Below, piece after piece: positions 16,339 to 28,900 of a DNA stretch of 64,000 nt. Positions within the stretch are counted from its first letter, which is position 1; the number at the start of each line of letters is the position of its first letter. This stretch comes from an uncultured Collinsella sp. (GTDB lineage Bacteria > Actinomycetota > Coriobacteriia > Coriobacteriales > Coriobacteriaceae). Both the position numbers and the translations under genes were made by a program. The stretch covers positions 30,678-94,677 of the forward strand of contig URMO01000002.1 in assembly GCA_900549085.1 (NCBI GenBank), in the 5' to 3' direction. The notes beneath the pieces are model-generated. The model did no database searches, was not told the origin of the DNA, and worked only from the letters and a program-made list of their open reading frames with translations.

Positions 16339-18684
16339 GTGGCTCAAGATAAGTTCGACGTGGGCGGCATGACATGCGCCGCCTGCCAGGCGCACGTGGA
16401 CCGCGCCGTAAGCAAACTCGACGGCGTCCAAAGCGTCGCGGTCAACCTACTCGCCGGTTCCATGATGGTCGACTACGACCCAGCGCAGGTCTCCCCCGAC
16501 GATATCTGCACCGCCGTCGACCGCGCGGGTTACTCGGCCTCACTCGTCGATGCGAGCACCGGTGCCGCCGGCTCAAACGGCAGCACGCAAGCCAGGTCCG
16601 GCGCCGCCCACATGGAGTCGCCCACCAAAAAATTGGAGGCCGCCGCCTCTGCCATGCGCACCCGCCTCATCGTCTCGATCGCATTCCTTATCCCACTGTT
16701 CTACATAGGCATGGGACACATGCTCGGCTGGCCGCTGCCTGGCATTTTCACCGACCATACCCACAGCATGACGCTCGCCCTCACCGAGCTCGTCCTGCTC
16801 ATCCCCATCGTCTATGTCAACGACGCGTACTTTATCAACGGGTTTAAATCGCTCGCGCACGGCGCGCCCACCATGGACGCCCTTATTGCCGTGGGCGCCA
16901 CCGCTTCCATCGCCTGGTCGCTCTACGCCATGTTCATCATGGCCGACCAGCTGGCCACAGGTCAGGTGCACGAGGCAATGATGACAAGCATGGACAACCT
17001 CTATTTTGAGAGCGCCGGCACGATCCTGTCGCTCGTCACCGTGGGCAAATACCTCGAGACGCGCAGCAAGTCCAAAACCGGCGGCGCCATCGAGGCGCTC
17101 ATCGACCTGGCGCCCAAGACTGCGACCGTCGTGGCGGAGGAAGGCAGCGAGACCACCGTCGACGTCGACAGCATCCTTCCCGGCCAGGTCCTACGTGTGC
17201 GCCCCGGCGAGTCCATCCCCGTCGATGGCGTGGTGCTCGAAGGCAGCTCGGCCGTGGACGAGAGCGCGCTCACCGGCGAGTCTATCCCCGTGGAAAAGAC
17301 CGCCGGCGACACCGTCAACGCCGCCACGGTCAACCGCACGGGCTCGTTTACCTTCCGCGCCACGCGTGTGGGCGCCGACACGTCGCTTGCCAAGATTATC
17401 CAACTCGTCGAGGACGCCAACGCCACCAAGGCGCCCATTGCCCGCATGGCCGACAAGGTCGCCGGCGTGTTCGTGCCCGTGGTGTTCGCGATCTCGGCCG
17501 TGACCTTTGTGGTGTGGATGGCACTGACCAGCAGCGTGAACGAGGCGCTCACCTCCGCCGTGGCCGTGCTGGTGATCAGCTGTCCGTGCGCACTCGGCCT
17601 GGCCACGCCCGTCGCCATTATGGTGGGCACCGGCAAGGGCGCCGAGATGGGCATTCTGTTCAAGAGCGCCGAAGCGCTGGAGAATCTGCGCAGCGTGGGC
17701 ACGGTGGTGCTCGATAAGACGGGCACGGTCACCCGCGGCAAGCCTGCCGTGACCGATATCGTGGTAGCCACGCGCACTGACGGCTCGCCCGCCATGAGCG
17801 AAAAGGCACTGCTCAAGCTGGCCGCTGCGCTGGAGCGCTCAAGCGAGCACCCGCTGGCCGAGGCGATTATGGCCGAGTGCGAGGCGCGCGGAATTGTCGC
17901 GCGCATGGTCGAGGACTTTGCCGCCGTGCCCGGTCGTGGCGTTACGGCGCGCGAGGGGCAGAATGTCATCGCCGCCGGCAACGTGCGCCTGATGGACGAG
18001 CTGGGCGTTACCGTGCCCGCGGGCCTTGCCGAACAGCTCGCCGCCGAAGGCAAGACACCGCTGTTCTTTGCCAAGAACAGCGAGCTTGTCGGTACCATCG
18101 CCGTGGCTGACGAGGTCAAAGAGACGAGCGCCGAGGCCATCGCCGCGCTGCGTTCGCTCGGCGTCGACGTGCGCATGCTCACCGGCGATAACCGTGTGAC
18201 GGCCGAAGCAATCGCCCGCCGCGTGGGACTGAACAGCAAGCAGGTCATCGCCGACGTCCTCCCCGCCGACAAGGAGCGCCACGTCCGCGAGCTGCAGGAT
18301 GCGGGCGGCAAGGTCGCCATGGTGGGCGACGGCATCAACGACTCCCCCGCCCTGGCGCGCGCCGACGTGGGCCTTGCTATCGGCACCGGCGCCGACATCG
18401 CCAAAGAAGGGGCAGATGTGGTACTCATGCGCAGCGACCTCATGGACGTCGCCCGTGCCATCGAGCTTTCGCGCGCCACGATTCGCAACATCAAGCAGGA
18501 CTTGTTCTGGGCGCTGTTCTACAACGGCATCGGCATTCCGCTGGCGGCGGGCGTGTTCTTCCCCCTCACCGGTTGGCAACTCTCGCCGATGTTTGGCGCC
18601 GCGGCCATGAGCCTGTCGAGCGTGTGTGTCGTAAGCAACGCGCTGCGCCTGCGAACCTTTAAGCCATCAGTTGCGGTGAAATAA
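16339..18684 (+). CDS. copA: Copper-translocating P1B-type ATPase
   Basis: 781 aa, GTG start with GGAAGGAGAAG SD. N-terminal [14 protein letters not shown] motif ([11 protein letters not shown]), [15 protein letters not shown]. Confidence 0.95.
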   Translation: MAQDKFDVGGMTCAACQAHVDRAVSKLDGVQSVAVNLLAGSMMVDYDPAQVSPDDICTAVDRAGYSASLVDASTGAAGSNGSTQARSGAAHMESPTKKLEAAASAMRTRLIVSIAFLIPLFYIGMGHMLGWPLPGIFTDHTHSMTLALTELVLLIPIVYVNDAYFINGFKSLAHGAPTMDALIAVGATASIAWSLYAMFIMADQLATGQVHEAMMTSMDNLYFESAGTILSLVTVGKYLETRSKSKTGGAIEALIDLAPKTATVVAEEGSETTVDVDSILPGQVLRVRPGESIPVDGVVLEGSSAVDESALTGESIPVEKTAGDTVNAATVNRTGSFTFRATRVGADTSLAKIIQLVEDANATKAPIARMADKVAGVFVPVVFAISAVTFVVWMALTSSVNEALTSAVAVLVISCPCALGLATPVAIMVGTGKGAEMGILFKSAEALENLRSVGTVVLDKTGTVTRGKPAVTDIVVATRTDGSPAMSEKALLKLAAALERSSEHPLAEAIMAECEARGIVARMVEDFAAVPGRGVTAREGQNVIAAGNVRLMDELGVTVPAGLAEQLAAEGKTPLFFAKNSELVGTIAVADEVKETSAEAIAALRSLGVDVRMLTGDNRVTAEAIARRVGLNSKQVIADVLPADKERHVRELQDAGGKVAMVGDGINDSPALARADVGLAIGTGADIAKEGADVVLMRSDLMDVARAIELSRATIRNIKQDLFWALFYNGIGIPLAAGVFFPLTGWQLSPMFGAAAMSLSSVCVVSNALRLRTFKPSVAVK

Positions 18685-18735
18685 GGCGTAACATGCTTAG
18701 CTAAACCGCTATTTAGTCCGTATTCCACCGCAACT
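18669..18735. repeat. Family-2 palindromic element, copy i (supplies the last codons and stop of copA)
   Basis: AGTTGCGGTGAAATAA ... TATTCCACCGCAACT; the copA C-terminus ...SVAVK-TAA is encoded by the left arm. Confidence 0.85.
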
Positions 18736-18763
18736 TTAGGTACTCAACGAAAAGGAGATAATC

Positions 18764-18985
18764 ATGAACTACATCGTTAAAACGTCTGGCCTTATGTGCG
18801 GCCACTGCGACGCCACCGTCGAGACGGCGCTGCTCAACGTAGCCGGCGTGACCGACGCCGACGCCGATCACGAGACCCAGACCGTCCAGGTGGAGTGTGC
18901 CGACACCGTGACCGCCGAGCAGCTCGCCGCCGCTGTCGAGGCCGCGGGCGAGAAGTTCCATGCCCTGTCCGTGACCGCAGCCTAG
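18764..18985 (+). CDS. copZ: Copper chaperone, HMA domain
   Basis: 73 aa, GLMCGHCDATVE metal-binding motif, AAAAGGAG SD. Confidence 0.9.
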   Translation: MNYIVKTSGLMCGHCDATVETALLNVAGVTDADADHETQTVQVECADTVTAEQLAAAVEAAGEKFHALSVTAA

Positions 18986-19060
18986 CTGCCACCGCACCAG
19001 CAGGCACCGCTGTCGGCCGACATAGCCGCCCAGCAACCACCGCTCAACCAGCCCTTCAGA

Positions 19061-19127
19061 AGTTGCGGTGAAATAGTTCCTGTTTTAGCGCTCCAAGCCC
19101 TCAATCAAGAACTATTTCACCGCAACT
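19061..19127. repeat. Family-2 palindromic element, copy ii (between copZ and csoR; loop in inverted orientation)
   Basis: AGTTGCGGTGAAATAG ... CTATTTCACCGCAACT with perfect 16-bp arms. The loop CTGTTTTAGCGC is the reverse complement of the AAAACAG motif seen in the other copies. Confidence 0.85.
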
Positions 19128-19171
19128 GAGGGCGAGGTATTTGAAGGATTGACCAGAAACGAGGACCCGCC

Positions 19172-19444
19172 ATGATGGCAGACCATAAATCGGTGACCCG
19201 CATGCTCAAAACGGCACGTGGTCAGATCGACGGCATCCTGCGGATGGTCGAGGAGGACCGCTACTGCGTCGATATTTCCACGCAGCTCATGGCCACGCAG
19301 GCGCTCATCGCCCGCATCAACGCCGATGTGCTCAAGGCTCACATCGAGGGCTGCGTCGCCTCGGCCATCGAATCGGGCGACGAGGAACTCAAGGCCGCCA
19401 AGCTCGCCGAGATAGAGCGCGTCGTCGACAAGCTCGCCAAGTAA
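19172..19444 (+). CDS. csoR: CsoR/RcnR-family metal-sensing transcriptional repressor
   Basis: 90 aa; CsoR family fold (DUF156) with conserved Cys/His (C...H...C) positions. Sits directly downstream of copZA. Confidence 0.85.
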   Translation: MMADHKSVTRMLKTARGQIDGILRMVEEDRYCVDISTQLMATQALIARINADVLKAHIEGCVASAIESGDEELKAAKLAEIERVVDKLAK

Positions 19445-19590
19445 TTGGGGCATTGGGGACAGACTTCTTTGCACCGTCTTGGTGCTCCGGGGACAGGTAT
19501 GTTTGCACCACATTGGCGCAGATTAACCTGTCCCCCTTGCTCTAAATCGGGTATAAAGGCGTGCAGCATATCGAACGAAAGGCAATTTGC

Positions 19591-20064
19591 ATGAATGACT
19601 TTATGAAGGGTCGCAATGGTGCCGACGAGCTCACCATCGTGATGGGTCTTGCCGGCATCGTCATCGCGATGATCGGATCGATAGCCCGCATCCAGTGGCT
19701 CAGCTGGATCGCCATCGCCGTCATCGTGATTGGCGTGCTGCGCGGCCTGTCCAAAAATATCGATGCACGTCGCAAGGAGAACGAGGCCTTTGTCGCCGGC
19801 TCGGCTAAGGTCCCCGGCTTGGGCAAGTTCGTCGCCAGCTTGGGCGGCGGGGCCGCAGCGGCCAGCACCTCGCGCGCGGCCGGCACCAGCAAGGAAGACT
19901 TTGAGCGTGCCAAGCGCACGGCCAAGAAGATGTGGAAGGGTCGCAAGACCACGGCATACCTCAAGTGCCCTAACTGTGGCCAGATGCTCTCCGTCCCCAA
20001 GGGCAAGGGCAAGATCCGCGTCACCTGTCCCAAGTGCCACGCCAAGATGGAGACGCGCTCATAG
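19591..20064 (+). CDS. Small membrane protein with C-terminal zinc ribbon
   Basis: ~157 aa from ATG MNDFMKG. Two TM helices, then CPNCG...CPKCH. Confidence 0.55.
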   Translation: MNDFMKGRNGADELTIVMGLAGIVIAMIGSIARIQWLSWIAIAVIVIGVLRGLSKNIDARRKENEAFVAGSAKVPGLGKFVASLGGGAAAASTSRAAGTSKEDFERAKRTAKKMWKGRKTTAYLKCPNCGQMLSVPKGKGKIRVTCPKCHAKMETRS

Positions 20065-20156
20065 CCGCCATACCATGGGACAAAATAAAAGCCGAGGCCT
20101 CGCACTGGGACCTCGGCTTTTTTGATTATGACAAAGGGGCCGTCCCTTTGTCACAC

Positions 20157-21527
20157 CTATGCCACGCCGTCGCGGGCAAGCTCCTCGGCCAGCGCCTCAG
20201 CCGGCATGGCCATAATCGTGTCGAGCTCGTTATCAACCTCGGGAATACGCTTCACCTTGAGTTTGCGCACCAGATCACCGCGACACATCACGTGTATCGG
20301 CTCACGCAGAGCGCACAGGTCATCGAGCGGGTTCTCGCGCGTCACCAGGATATCGGCGGCCTTACCGCACTCGATCGTGCCGGTCTCGTCGCCCAACCCC
20401 AGTAGCTCGGCATTGATCTGCGTAGCCGTATGCAGCGCGAAGGCGTTGCTAACGCCGACATACTTGGCAAAATAGGCCACCTCACGCCACATGTCATACT
20501 GCGTCACGAACGGGCAGCTCGAATCCGTGCCTAGGCCCACCCTAACACCAGCTTCCAGTGCGGCACGGGCGCTCTCGATGATGCCCGAGCACACGATGTC
20601 GCCGTTCTTCTTTTGCGTATCGGTCGAATGAGTCTTTTCCGGATCGAGCAATACAAACGGCAGCGCCGGGCTGATAGTGCAGGTCACACTCGGTGCGCGG
20701 CCCTCGAGCTGTGTTCCCGCGGCGCCGCGGTACAGCTCCAGGATCTCAGGTGTCAGCGGAGCGCCGTGCTCGATCGTATCGACGCCAGCCTGAAGCGCGG
20801 CCTTCACACCTTCGGTGCTCTCGACATGAGCCATGACCGGAAGGCCAACCTCGTGCGCCGCCTTGCATGCCGCCGCGGCAACCTCCACGGGCATACGCAG
20901 CACGCCCGGCTCGCCCACCTCAGTCGCATCGAACACGCCGCCCGTTACGAACAGTTTAATGACATCGGCACCGCGCGCATACAGGTCGCGCACCTGTTCG
21001 GCCGCCTCGGCGGGACTGTTAGCCACCTGGGCGAACAAGCCAGCACCATGGCCCCCCGGCACCGTAACGCCCGTTCCCGGCGCCACCAGGCGAGGACCTT
21101 GATACTTGCCGGCATCGATAGCATCGCGCACGGCAAGATCCGCAAACAGCGGGTCGCCCGCGCCGCGCACCGTAGTCACGCCACTTGCCAGCTGTTGTTG
21201 GGCGCTGCCCTTAAGAATGTGGCGCACGATGGCGCGCCCCACGGGATTATCGAGCTTCTTCATCAGCGCGCCCGCATCGCCCGCCGAAACCGGCTTGCCC
21301 GAGCCGCATAGATGCACATGCATATTGATGAGGCCTGGCATGAGATACGCCCCTGCCAGGTCGATGACCTCGGCACCTGCAGGCGCCTGCGTCACGGCAC
21401 TCGGCCCCATCCACGTGATGAGACCGCGCTCAACGGCCACGGCCATATCGGGCTGCGGCTCCATATGTTCCGAACCATCCAGGACGGTCGCATTGATAAA
21501 CAACGTGGAACGATCGGCAGACGCCAT
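20157..21527 (-). CDS. Amidohydrolase-family metal-dependent hydrolase
   Basis: ~456 aa from ATG MASADRST, which has a GGGAGGAG SD. HVHL metal-binding motif and an amidohydrolase-like fold. Confidence 0.8.
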   Translation of the reverse strand: MASADRSTLFINATVLDGSEHMEPQPDMAVAVERGLITWMGPSAVTQAPAGAEVIDLAGAYLMPGLINMHVHLCGSGKPVSAGDAGALMKKLDNPVGRAIVRHILKGSAQQQLASGVTTVRGAGDPLFADLAVRDAIDAGKYQGPRLVAPGTGVTVPGGHGAGLFAQVANSPAEAAEQVRDLYARGADVIKLFVTGGVFDATEVGEPGVLRMPVEVAAAACKAAHEVGLPVMAHVESTEGVKAALQAGVDTIEHGAPLTPEILELYRGAAGTQLEGRAPSVTCTISPALPFVLLDPEKTHSTDTQKKNGDIVCSGIIESARAALEAGVRVGLGTDSSCPFVTQYDMWREVAYFAKYVGVSNAFALHTATQINAELLGLGDETGTIECGKAADILVTRENPLDDLCALREPIHVMCRGDLVRKLKVKRIPEVDNELDTIMAMPAEALAEELARDGVA

Positions 21528-21679
21528 ATCGAGCTCCTCCCTCACGATTAACTTGAACATTTGTCCATTATCATCTAATGCAGCGAACTAAAGTCAAACA
21601 TATCGGTTAACGGAGGGAAGAGAGAGATGTAGGGACAAACGGAGACAGCGCGGCGTTGCTCTGGCCGTGCTGACGAAAC

Positions 21680-21975
21680 ATCTCAATCTGTAACAGATAC
21701 GGCCCCAAACACCCCCCATATGTTACAGATTGAGATTTTCGGTCGTGCCTCCAGCCTTTGTCTCAATCTGTAACAGATAGACCGATTTTTGGCCATCAGA
21801 TGTTACAGATCGAGATATTCCCAACCCCGTCGTCAAACGTCTAAATCTGTAACAAGTAGACAGGTTTTCGGCCTCTAGATGTTACAGATTGAGATCTTTT
21901 AGCGGCAGCCAACCTTCCGTCTTGATCTGTAACAGTTACGAGGCCAAACGGTCCCCTGTTGTTACAGATTGAGAC
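21680..21975. repeat. Family-1 palindromic repeat array no. 2 (4 units)
   Basis: Same 16-bp stem, 25-nt loop and 23-nt linker architecture with an 80-bp period. It ends 9 bp before the stop of the downstream DUF559-like gene. Confidence 0.9.
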
Positions 21976-21983
21976 GGTGCGCC

Positions 21984-23054
21984 TCAGCGCCCATACCACT
22001 GCCGCCTCCATTGCCCAGCCAAATCGGCCCGTCGCGGAATACCTGCTAGCCTCATCTTTTCAACCAGCTTCCCCGGATTCTTGAGCTCATCAAACGTAAA
22101 CCGAAGCACCTTGTGCCCGAGCATTGTCAGATGAGACTCTCGCTGACGCTCTGCCACGAACGGGTCGACCGACTCCCGACCTTCGCCGTTCTGCAAGGTA
22201 TACTTCCCCTTTCCGTCGAGCTCGCCAATCACGCACGTCCCGTCCTCGAGCCTCCAGAAATAATCGACCCGAAACACCTGGCTCGAATCGAGCGGATCGC
22301 GAAACTCCACCTGCAACTCCGGAACCGGAAAGCCGTATGCAATAAAGAATGCTCGGAACCGAGACTCGCCACCGTTTTCGGACAGGCCGTCCGCATGCGC
22401 CGCAATCACCTGAGCTCTGCGATACCCTCGTCTGCCCTCGCAATCGGCCTGAAGCCGATTGCAGAGGTCGTCGCGCGACATGCCCTTCGCCCGCAGCGCA
22501 GAATCGGCGATCGCCAGACCATACGAAAACGGCGCACGCAGCAGACAATCCTCCACCGTGCGCCAAAACGGCGTCACCCGCACGCCGCCGACGCGCTCAA
22601 GCGCACCCGCCGCCTGCGGACGCAAAAGCCGGCATCCTGCACTCAGCGGCACCGAGCAACCTGTCTTAACAAGAAATCGCGGCCCAAGCAGATCATTCGG
22701 CACCTCCAGACCCCACAAAAGTGCCGCGTCATAACCCCAAAACGCCCAATCGGGGTGAAACTCGGCAAGCCCCTTGATGGTCAACCGCGCCCGCTCCGGC
22801 GGCGTCAATGCATCCCATTCATGCTGAAAACAGAATAGGTGCGATTCGGGCTCCGCAATATCGTCTGTACCCACATGGCGCCGCAGCCACATGAGCTCGG
22901 CATTGTCGTGCGTCACAAGCAGCACGCCTTGTTCAGCCGCCTCCGTGAGTCTGGCAAGCATCCTATTCCGCGCCAAGGTGTTACGTGTTGCATGCTTGTG
23001 TTTGAGAACGGTATTAGACACTTCCATCACCACCACATCGGAGAAATGGGCCAT
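21984..23054 (-). CDS. Hypothetical protein with a C-terminal DUF559/Vsr-like endonuclease-fold region
   Basis: C-terminal ...ESRFRAFFIAYGFPVPELQVEF...VDYFW...GELDGKGKY resembles the DUF559 domain seen in AbiEi-like proteins. Start is uncertain (the ORF-track start is TTG; no clear SD). Confidence 0.5.
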   Translation of the reverse strand: MAHFSDVVVMEVSNTVLKHKHATRNTLARNRMLARLTEAAEQGVLLVTHDNAELMWLRRHVGTDDIAEPESHLFCFQHEWDALTPPERARLTIKGLAEFHPDWAFWGYDAALLWGLEVPNDLLGPRFLVKTGCSVPLSAGCRLLRPQAAGALERVGGVRVTPFWRTVEDCLLRAPFSYGLAIADSALRAKGMSRDDLCNRLQADCEGRRGYRRAQVIAAHADGLSENGGESRFRAFFIAYGFPVPELQVEFRDPLDSSQVFRVDYFWRLEDGTCVIGELDGKGKYTLQNGEGRESVDPFVAERQRESHLTMLGHKVLRFTFDELKNPGKLVEKMRLAGIPRRADLAGQWRRQWYGR

Positions 23055-23089
23055 CGCCGCTGTTGCCGCCGCTGACAAATGTCTTGATC

Positions 23090-23379
23090 TGCAACAGGAA
23101 GACAGTCTTTGAGCCTCTAGATGTTACAGATCAAGATCTTTCGGCACCGCGTCCAACCTTTGTCTCGATCTGTAACAGGTAGGTCGAATTTTGGCCTGGA
23201 GATGTTACAGATTGAGACATTCCCCCAGCCAGGTTCCAAACGTCTCGATCTATAACAGTTAAGCGTTCTCCAGGCCCCCAAACGTTACAGATTTAGACAA
23301 ACCAGCAGAGCCCAATCATTCGTCTCGATCTGTAACAGTTAGACCGTGTTTTGACCGCCAGATGTTACAGATCAAGACA
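23090..23379. repeat. Family-1 palindromic repeat array no. 3 (4 units, two with point-mutated stems)
   Basis: One unit has GTCTTGATCTGCAACA and another GTCTCGATCTATAACA as slightly degenerate stems. The array begins ~12 bp upstream of the DUF559-like gene start. Confidence 0.9.
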
Positions 23380-23420
23380 AACCGGCGGAGAACGACGCGG
23401 CGGCGCCAGTCCAACGAGCC

Positions 23421-24128
23421 CTACTCCCATTCCTGTTCGTAGATGTTGAGCGACTTCACATACCGTCCCTGGGCACCCATGATGTCGCGGACCAGCCTCA
23501 GAAAGAAGCTGATACACGAGGTGTCGAAACCATCTTCCAGATCTTCCGGATGAACGGCGCCAGGCCCGTCGACCGCCGTATCGCTCAGGCGCGCAATGTC
23601 GTAGAGGTAGAGCTGTCCCGCCGTCAGCCAAACATCGTCAACGCACGCGATGCGCACCGCAATCGCACCATCGCGCCAGTGCTCTTTTTGCACGATATGT
23701 GGGTCGTAGACATCAAAACGTCGGTCGGTGCGCGTGTCGCGCAGCGCGACCATACCAGTCACAGGATCCTTGTCCAAAATGCCAAAGCGCGAGAAATACT
23801 GCGTGTCGCGCACCTGTTCGAGCCGTCTGAGCGAAGCAGGCGAAAGCGACGTCGGCGGCTCGTCCACATACAGCTCAAGCAGCGTCTTGCCGTGGCAATA
23901 GGAGCGCTCAAACAGCAGCCAATCGGTAAATGCCATGTTATAGGCCATGATTTCGCTTTGCGAAGGCTCCTCGCAATAGCTGAGCCATGGATCGACTATC
24001 ACTTCGAACTGTGTGCGCGCCGACTCCAAAAACTGGAACTTGCGCAGCATCCAAAACTGGGCCATGTCGGCAATATCGTTACCGACGGCCTCGGTCAGAC
24101 GTCCCCGGTCCAAAACATAATCAGCCAT
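23421..24128 (-). CDS. Hypothetical protein
   Basis: 235 aa ORF with GAGGAGG SD; no recognisable motif. Confidence 0.5.
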   Translation of the reverse strand: MADYVLDRGRLTEAVGNDIADMAQFWMLRKFQFLESARTQFEVIVDPWLSYCEEPSQSEIMAYNMAFTDWLLFERSYCHGKTLLELYVDEPPTSLSPASLRRLEQVRDTQYFSRFGILDKDPVTGMVALRDTRTDRRFDVYDPHIVQKEHWRDGAIAVRIACVDDVWLTAGQLYLYDIARLSDTAVDGPGAVHPEDLEDGFDTSCISFFLRLVRDIMGAQGRYVKSLNIYEQEWE

Positions 24129-24401
24129 GACATCCTCCTCAAACTGATGAACCTCAATTTGAGCTTACGAGGAGGGCAGGTGGTCGCCGCCAGCGCGGGC
24201 GAAATGGGCATAAGGCTGCAAACCAGATGCTGACCGAATACTTGACGGAACGCTTGACCGATACGTTATACCGAAGCAAAACCCCAGTTAAACATAGGCA
24301 AATAAACAGAGATTTTGAGCTTGTCAGCCGCAGCCATCACGAAAACAGCAAGGCACCGCGAGCCCGCACGTCAGCAAATGAGCAGTCAGACGTTAAGGGG
24401 T

Positions 24402-24470
24402 GTCCCCAACGACTAGACAAAAAAGCGCGTCCCCAATGACTAGTCGTTGGGGACGCTCTTGAATGACTAC
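24402..24470. repeat. Family-3 palindromic element (GTCCCCAACGACTAG core), copy a
   Basis: GTCCCCAATGACTAGTCGTTGGGGAC is a perfect palindrome, with an upstream half-copy GTCCCCAACGACTAG. Confidence 0.85.
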
Positions 24471-24471
24471 C

Positions 24472-25953
<1,482 letters not shown>

Positions 25954-25958
25954 GGCAC

Positions 25959-28900
25959 TTACGCCTCCTTCTTGGTCGAAGCAACAGAGCTGGCAGCCAC
26001 GGGCGCAGCGCCCGCGGCACCGCCCGCGACATCGAAGCGAGCGACATCCGCGGCGCTCGCGCGACCGGTCACAATGTCAAACGCCAGCTCCTCTGCCTGT
26101 GCATGCGTCTTGCCCACGGCCTCGGCCGCAGCGACAATCGCCAGCACGCGCTCGTACTCGGTCGGAATGACCTTCACAAAGTGCTTGCTCATCGTCTCAA
26201 AGCTGTAGAGCAGCTTAATACCGCGCGGGCTCTGCGTCGCGTCCACGTGCTCCTGGATGAGCGCACGAATCTGCGCCAGCTCGCCGGCCGTCGGGGCCTT
26301 GAGCTCAACGCTCTCGTGGTTCACACGGGCATCGAGCGTGCCGTACTGGTCAAAGACATAGGCCACGCCACCCGTCATGCCGGCGGCGAAGTTCTGCCCG
26401 ACCTCGCCCAGGATGAGCGCCAGACCGCCCGTCATGTACTCGCAGCCATGGTTGCCGCAGCCCTCGACCACCACGGTGGCGCCGGAGTTGCGCACGCCAA
26501 AGCGTTGGCCGGCCAGGCCGTTAATAAAGCCGCGGCCGCTCGTGGCGCCAAAGAATGCAACGTTGCCCACGATGATGTTCTCGTCGAACTTGTAGGTCGC
26601 ATGCGGGTTGGGGCGCACCGACACCTCGCCGCCCGAAAGGCCCTTGCCAAAGTAGTCGTTGGCGTCGCCGCACACGTTGAGCGTAATGCCGCGCGGCAGG
26701 AAGGCACCAAAGCTCTGACCGGCCGAACCATCGCAATCGATGGTGATGGAGCCGGCGGGCAGACCCTCGGGATGTGCCTTGGTCACCGCGTTGCCCAGGA
26801 TGGTGCCCACGCAGCGGTTGACGTTGGCGATATCGGCGCGGAAGCGAATCGGACGCAGGTGCGCACGGGCATCGGCCGTATAGGGCACAAACAACGTGGA
26901 GTCGAGCGTCTTGTCGAGCTCGCTGTCCGCGGCCATCTGCGGCAGGAAGTGGCGACCGTCGGCACCCGGGATATGAGCGCCGAACTCGCAGGTCGCGCTC
27001 GCCAGCACGGGCGACAGATCGAGCAGGTTGGCCTTGCGGTTGCCCGGGACCTCGAGCTGGCGCAAGCACTCGGGATGGCCGACCATCTCGTCGACGGTGC
27101 GGAAGCCCAGGCTCGCCATGACCTCGCGCAGCTGCTCGGCAACAAAGAGCATAAAGTGCTCAACGTGCTCGGGCTTGCCGCGGAAGCCGCGACGCAGGCG
27201 GCAGTTTTGCGTGGCGATGCCGGCCGGGCAGGTATCCTGCTGGCAGTCGCGCTGCATGAGGCAGCCCATGGAGATGAGCGGCATGGTCGCGAAGCCAAAC
27301 TCCTCGGCGCCCAGCAGACAGGCGACGGCAACATCGGTGCCGTCCATGAGCTTGCCGTCGGCCTCGAGCACCACGCGCGAGCGCAGGCCATTTTGAAGCA
27401 GCGTCTGCTGGGCCTCGGCAAGGCCGAGCTCCAGCGGCAGGCCCGCATGCCAGATGGAATCGCGCGCCGCGGCACCCGAGCCGCCGTTATGGCCGCTAAT
27501 CAAGATCTTGTCTGCAGCACCCTTGGCCACACCGGTGGCGATGGTGCCGACGCCGGCCTCGCTGACCAGCTTGACCGACACGCGTGCGCCGGGGTTGGCG
27601 TTCTTAAGGTCAAAGATCAGCTCCGCCAGGTCCTCGATGGAGTAGATGTCATGGTGCGGCGGAGGCGAGATCAGGCCGATGCCGGGCGTGGACTGACGGA
27701 CCTCGGCGATCCAGGGGTAGACCTTCTTGCCGGGCAGGTGGCCGCCCTCGCCGGGCTTGGCGCCCTGGGCCATCTTGATCTGAATCTCGAAGGCGCTGCA
27801 CAGGTAGCGGCTCGTCACGCCAAAGCGCGCGCTTGCCACCTGCTTGATGGCGGAGTTCTTGGAGTCACCGTTAGCCAGCGGGGTCTCGCGGCGCGGATCC
27901 TCGCCGCCCTCGCCGGAGTTGGAACGGCCGTGCAGGCGGTTCATGGCGATGGCCATGCACTCGTGCGCCTCTTTGCTGATGGAACCGTACGACATGGCGC
28001 CGGTGTTAAAGCGGCGAACGATGTTGAGCGCGGGCTCCACCTCGTCGAGCGAAACCGGCGTGCGGTCGCTGGCATCAAAGTCCAGCAGGTCGCGCAGGCG
28101 CACGGCGCGGCCGGTGCGATGCAGGCGGGTGCTGTACTCCTTAAAGGTGTCGTAGCTGTCCTCACGGCAAGCGGTCTGCAGCAGGTAGACGGTCTGGGGG
28201 TCAATCAGGTGATCCTCGCCACCGAGCGGACGCCACTTGGTCAGACCCAGCGTAGGCAGCTGATCGGGAGCCGGGCTCTTAAGGATGGCGAGCGCGGCAT
28301 CGTAGCGCTCGTTTTGCTCGCATTCGACGTCCTCGACACCCATACCGCCCACACGGCTCACCGTGCCGGCGAAGTACGCGTTGACGAACTCCGACGTAAA
28401 GCCCACGGCCTCGAAGATCTGCGCCGAATGGTAGCTCTGCACCGTGGAGATGCCCATCTTGGACATGATGGAGACGATGCCGGCGGTCGCAGCCTTGTTG
28501 TAGTTGGCGATGCCCTGCTCGGCCGTCACGTCTAGGTCGCCGCGTGCCGCCAGATCACGGATGCACGCATGCGCGTTGTACGGATAGACGCCGCTCGCGG
28601 AGTAGCCCACCAGCGCCGCAAAGTCGTGCGGGGACACGGCGTCACCACACTCCACCACGATGTCGGCAAAGGTACGCACGCCGGCGCGGATCAGGTGGTT
28701 GTGCACGCAGCCCACGGCGAGCAGCGACGGCACGGGTACCTCGCCCGCAGCGGCACGATCGCTCAACACCACGATGTTCACGCCGTCGCGGACCGCAGCC
28801 TCAACGTCCTCGGCAAGCTGCTTGAGCGCAGCCTGCAGTGCGCCCTCGCCGGCATCGCGGCGGTACACGGCACGGAAGCGACGGGTCTTAAAGCCCACGC

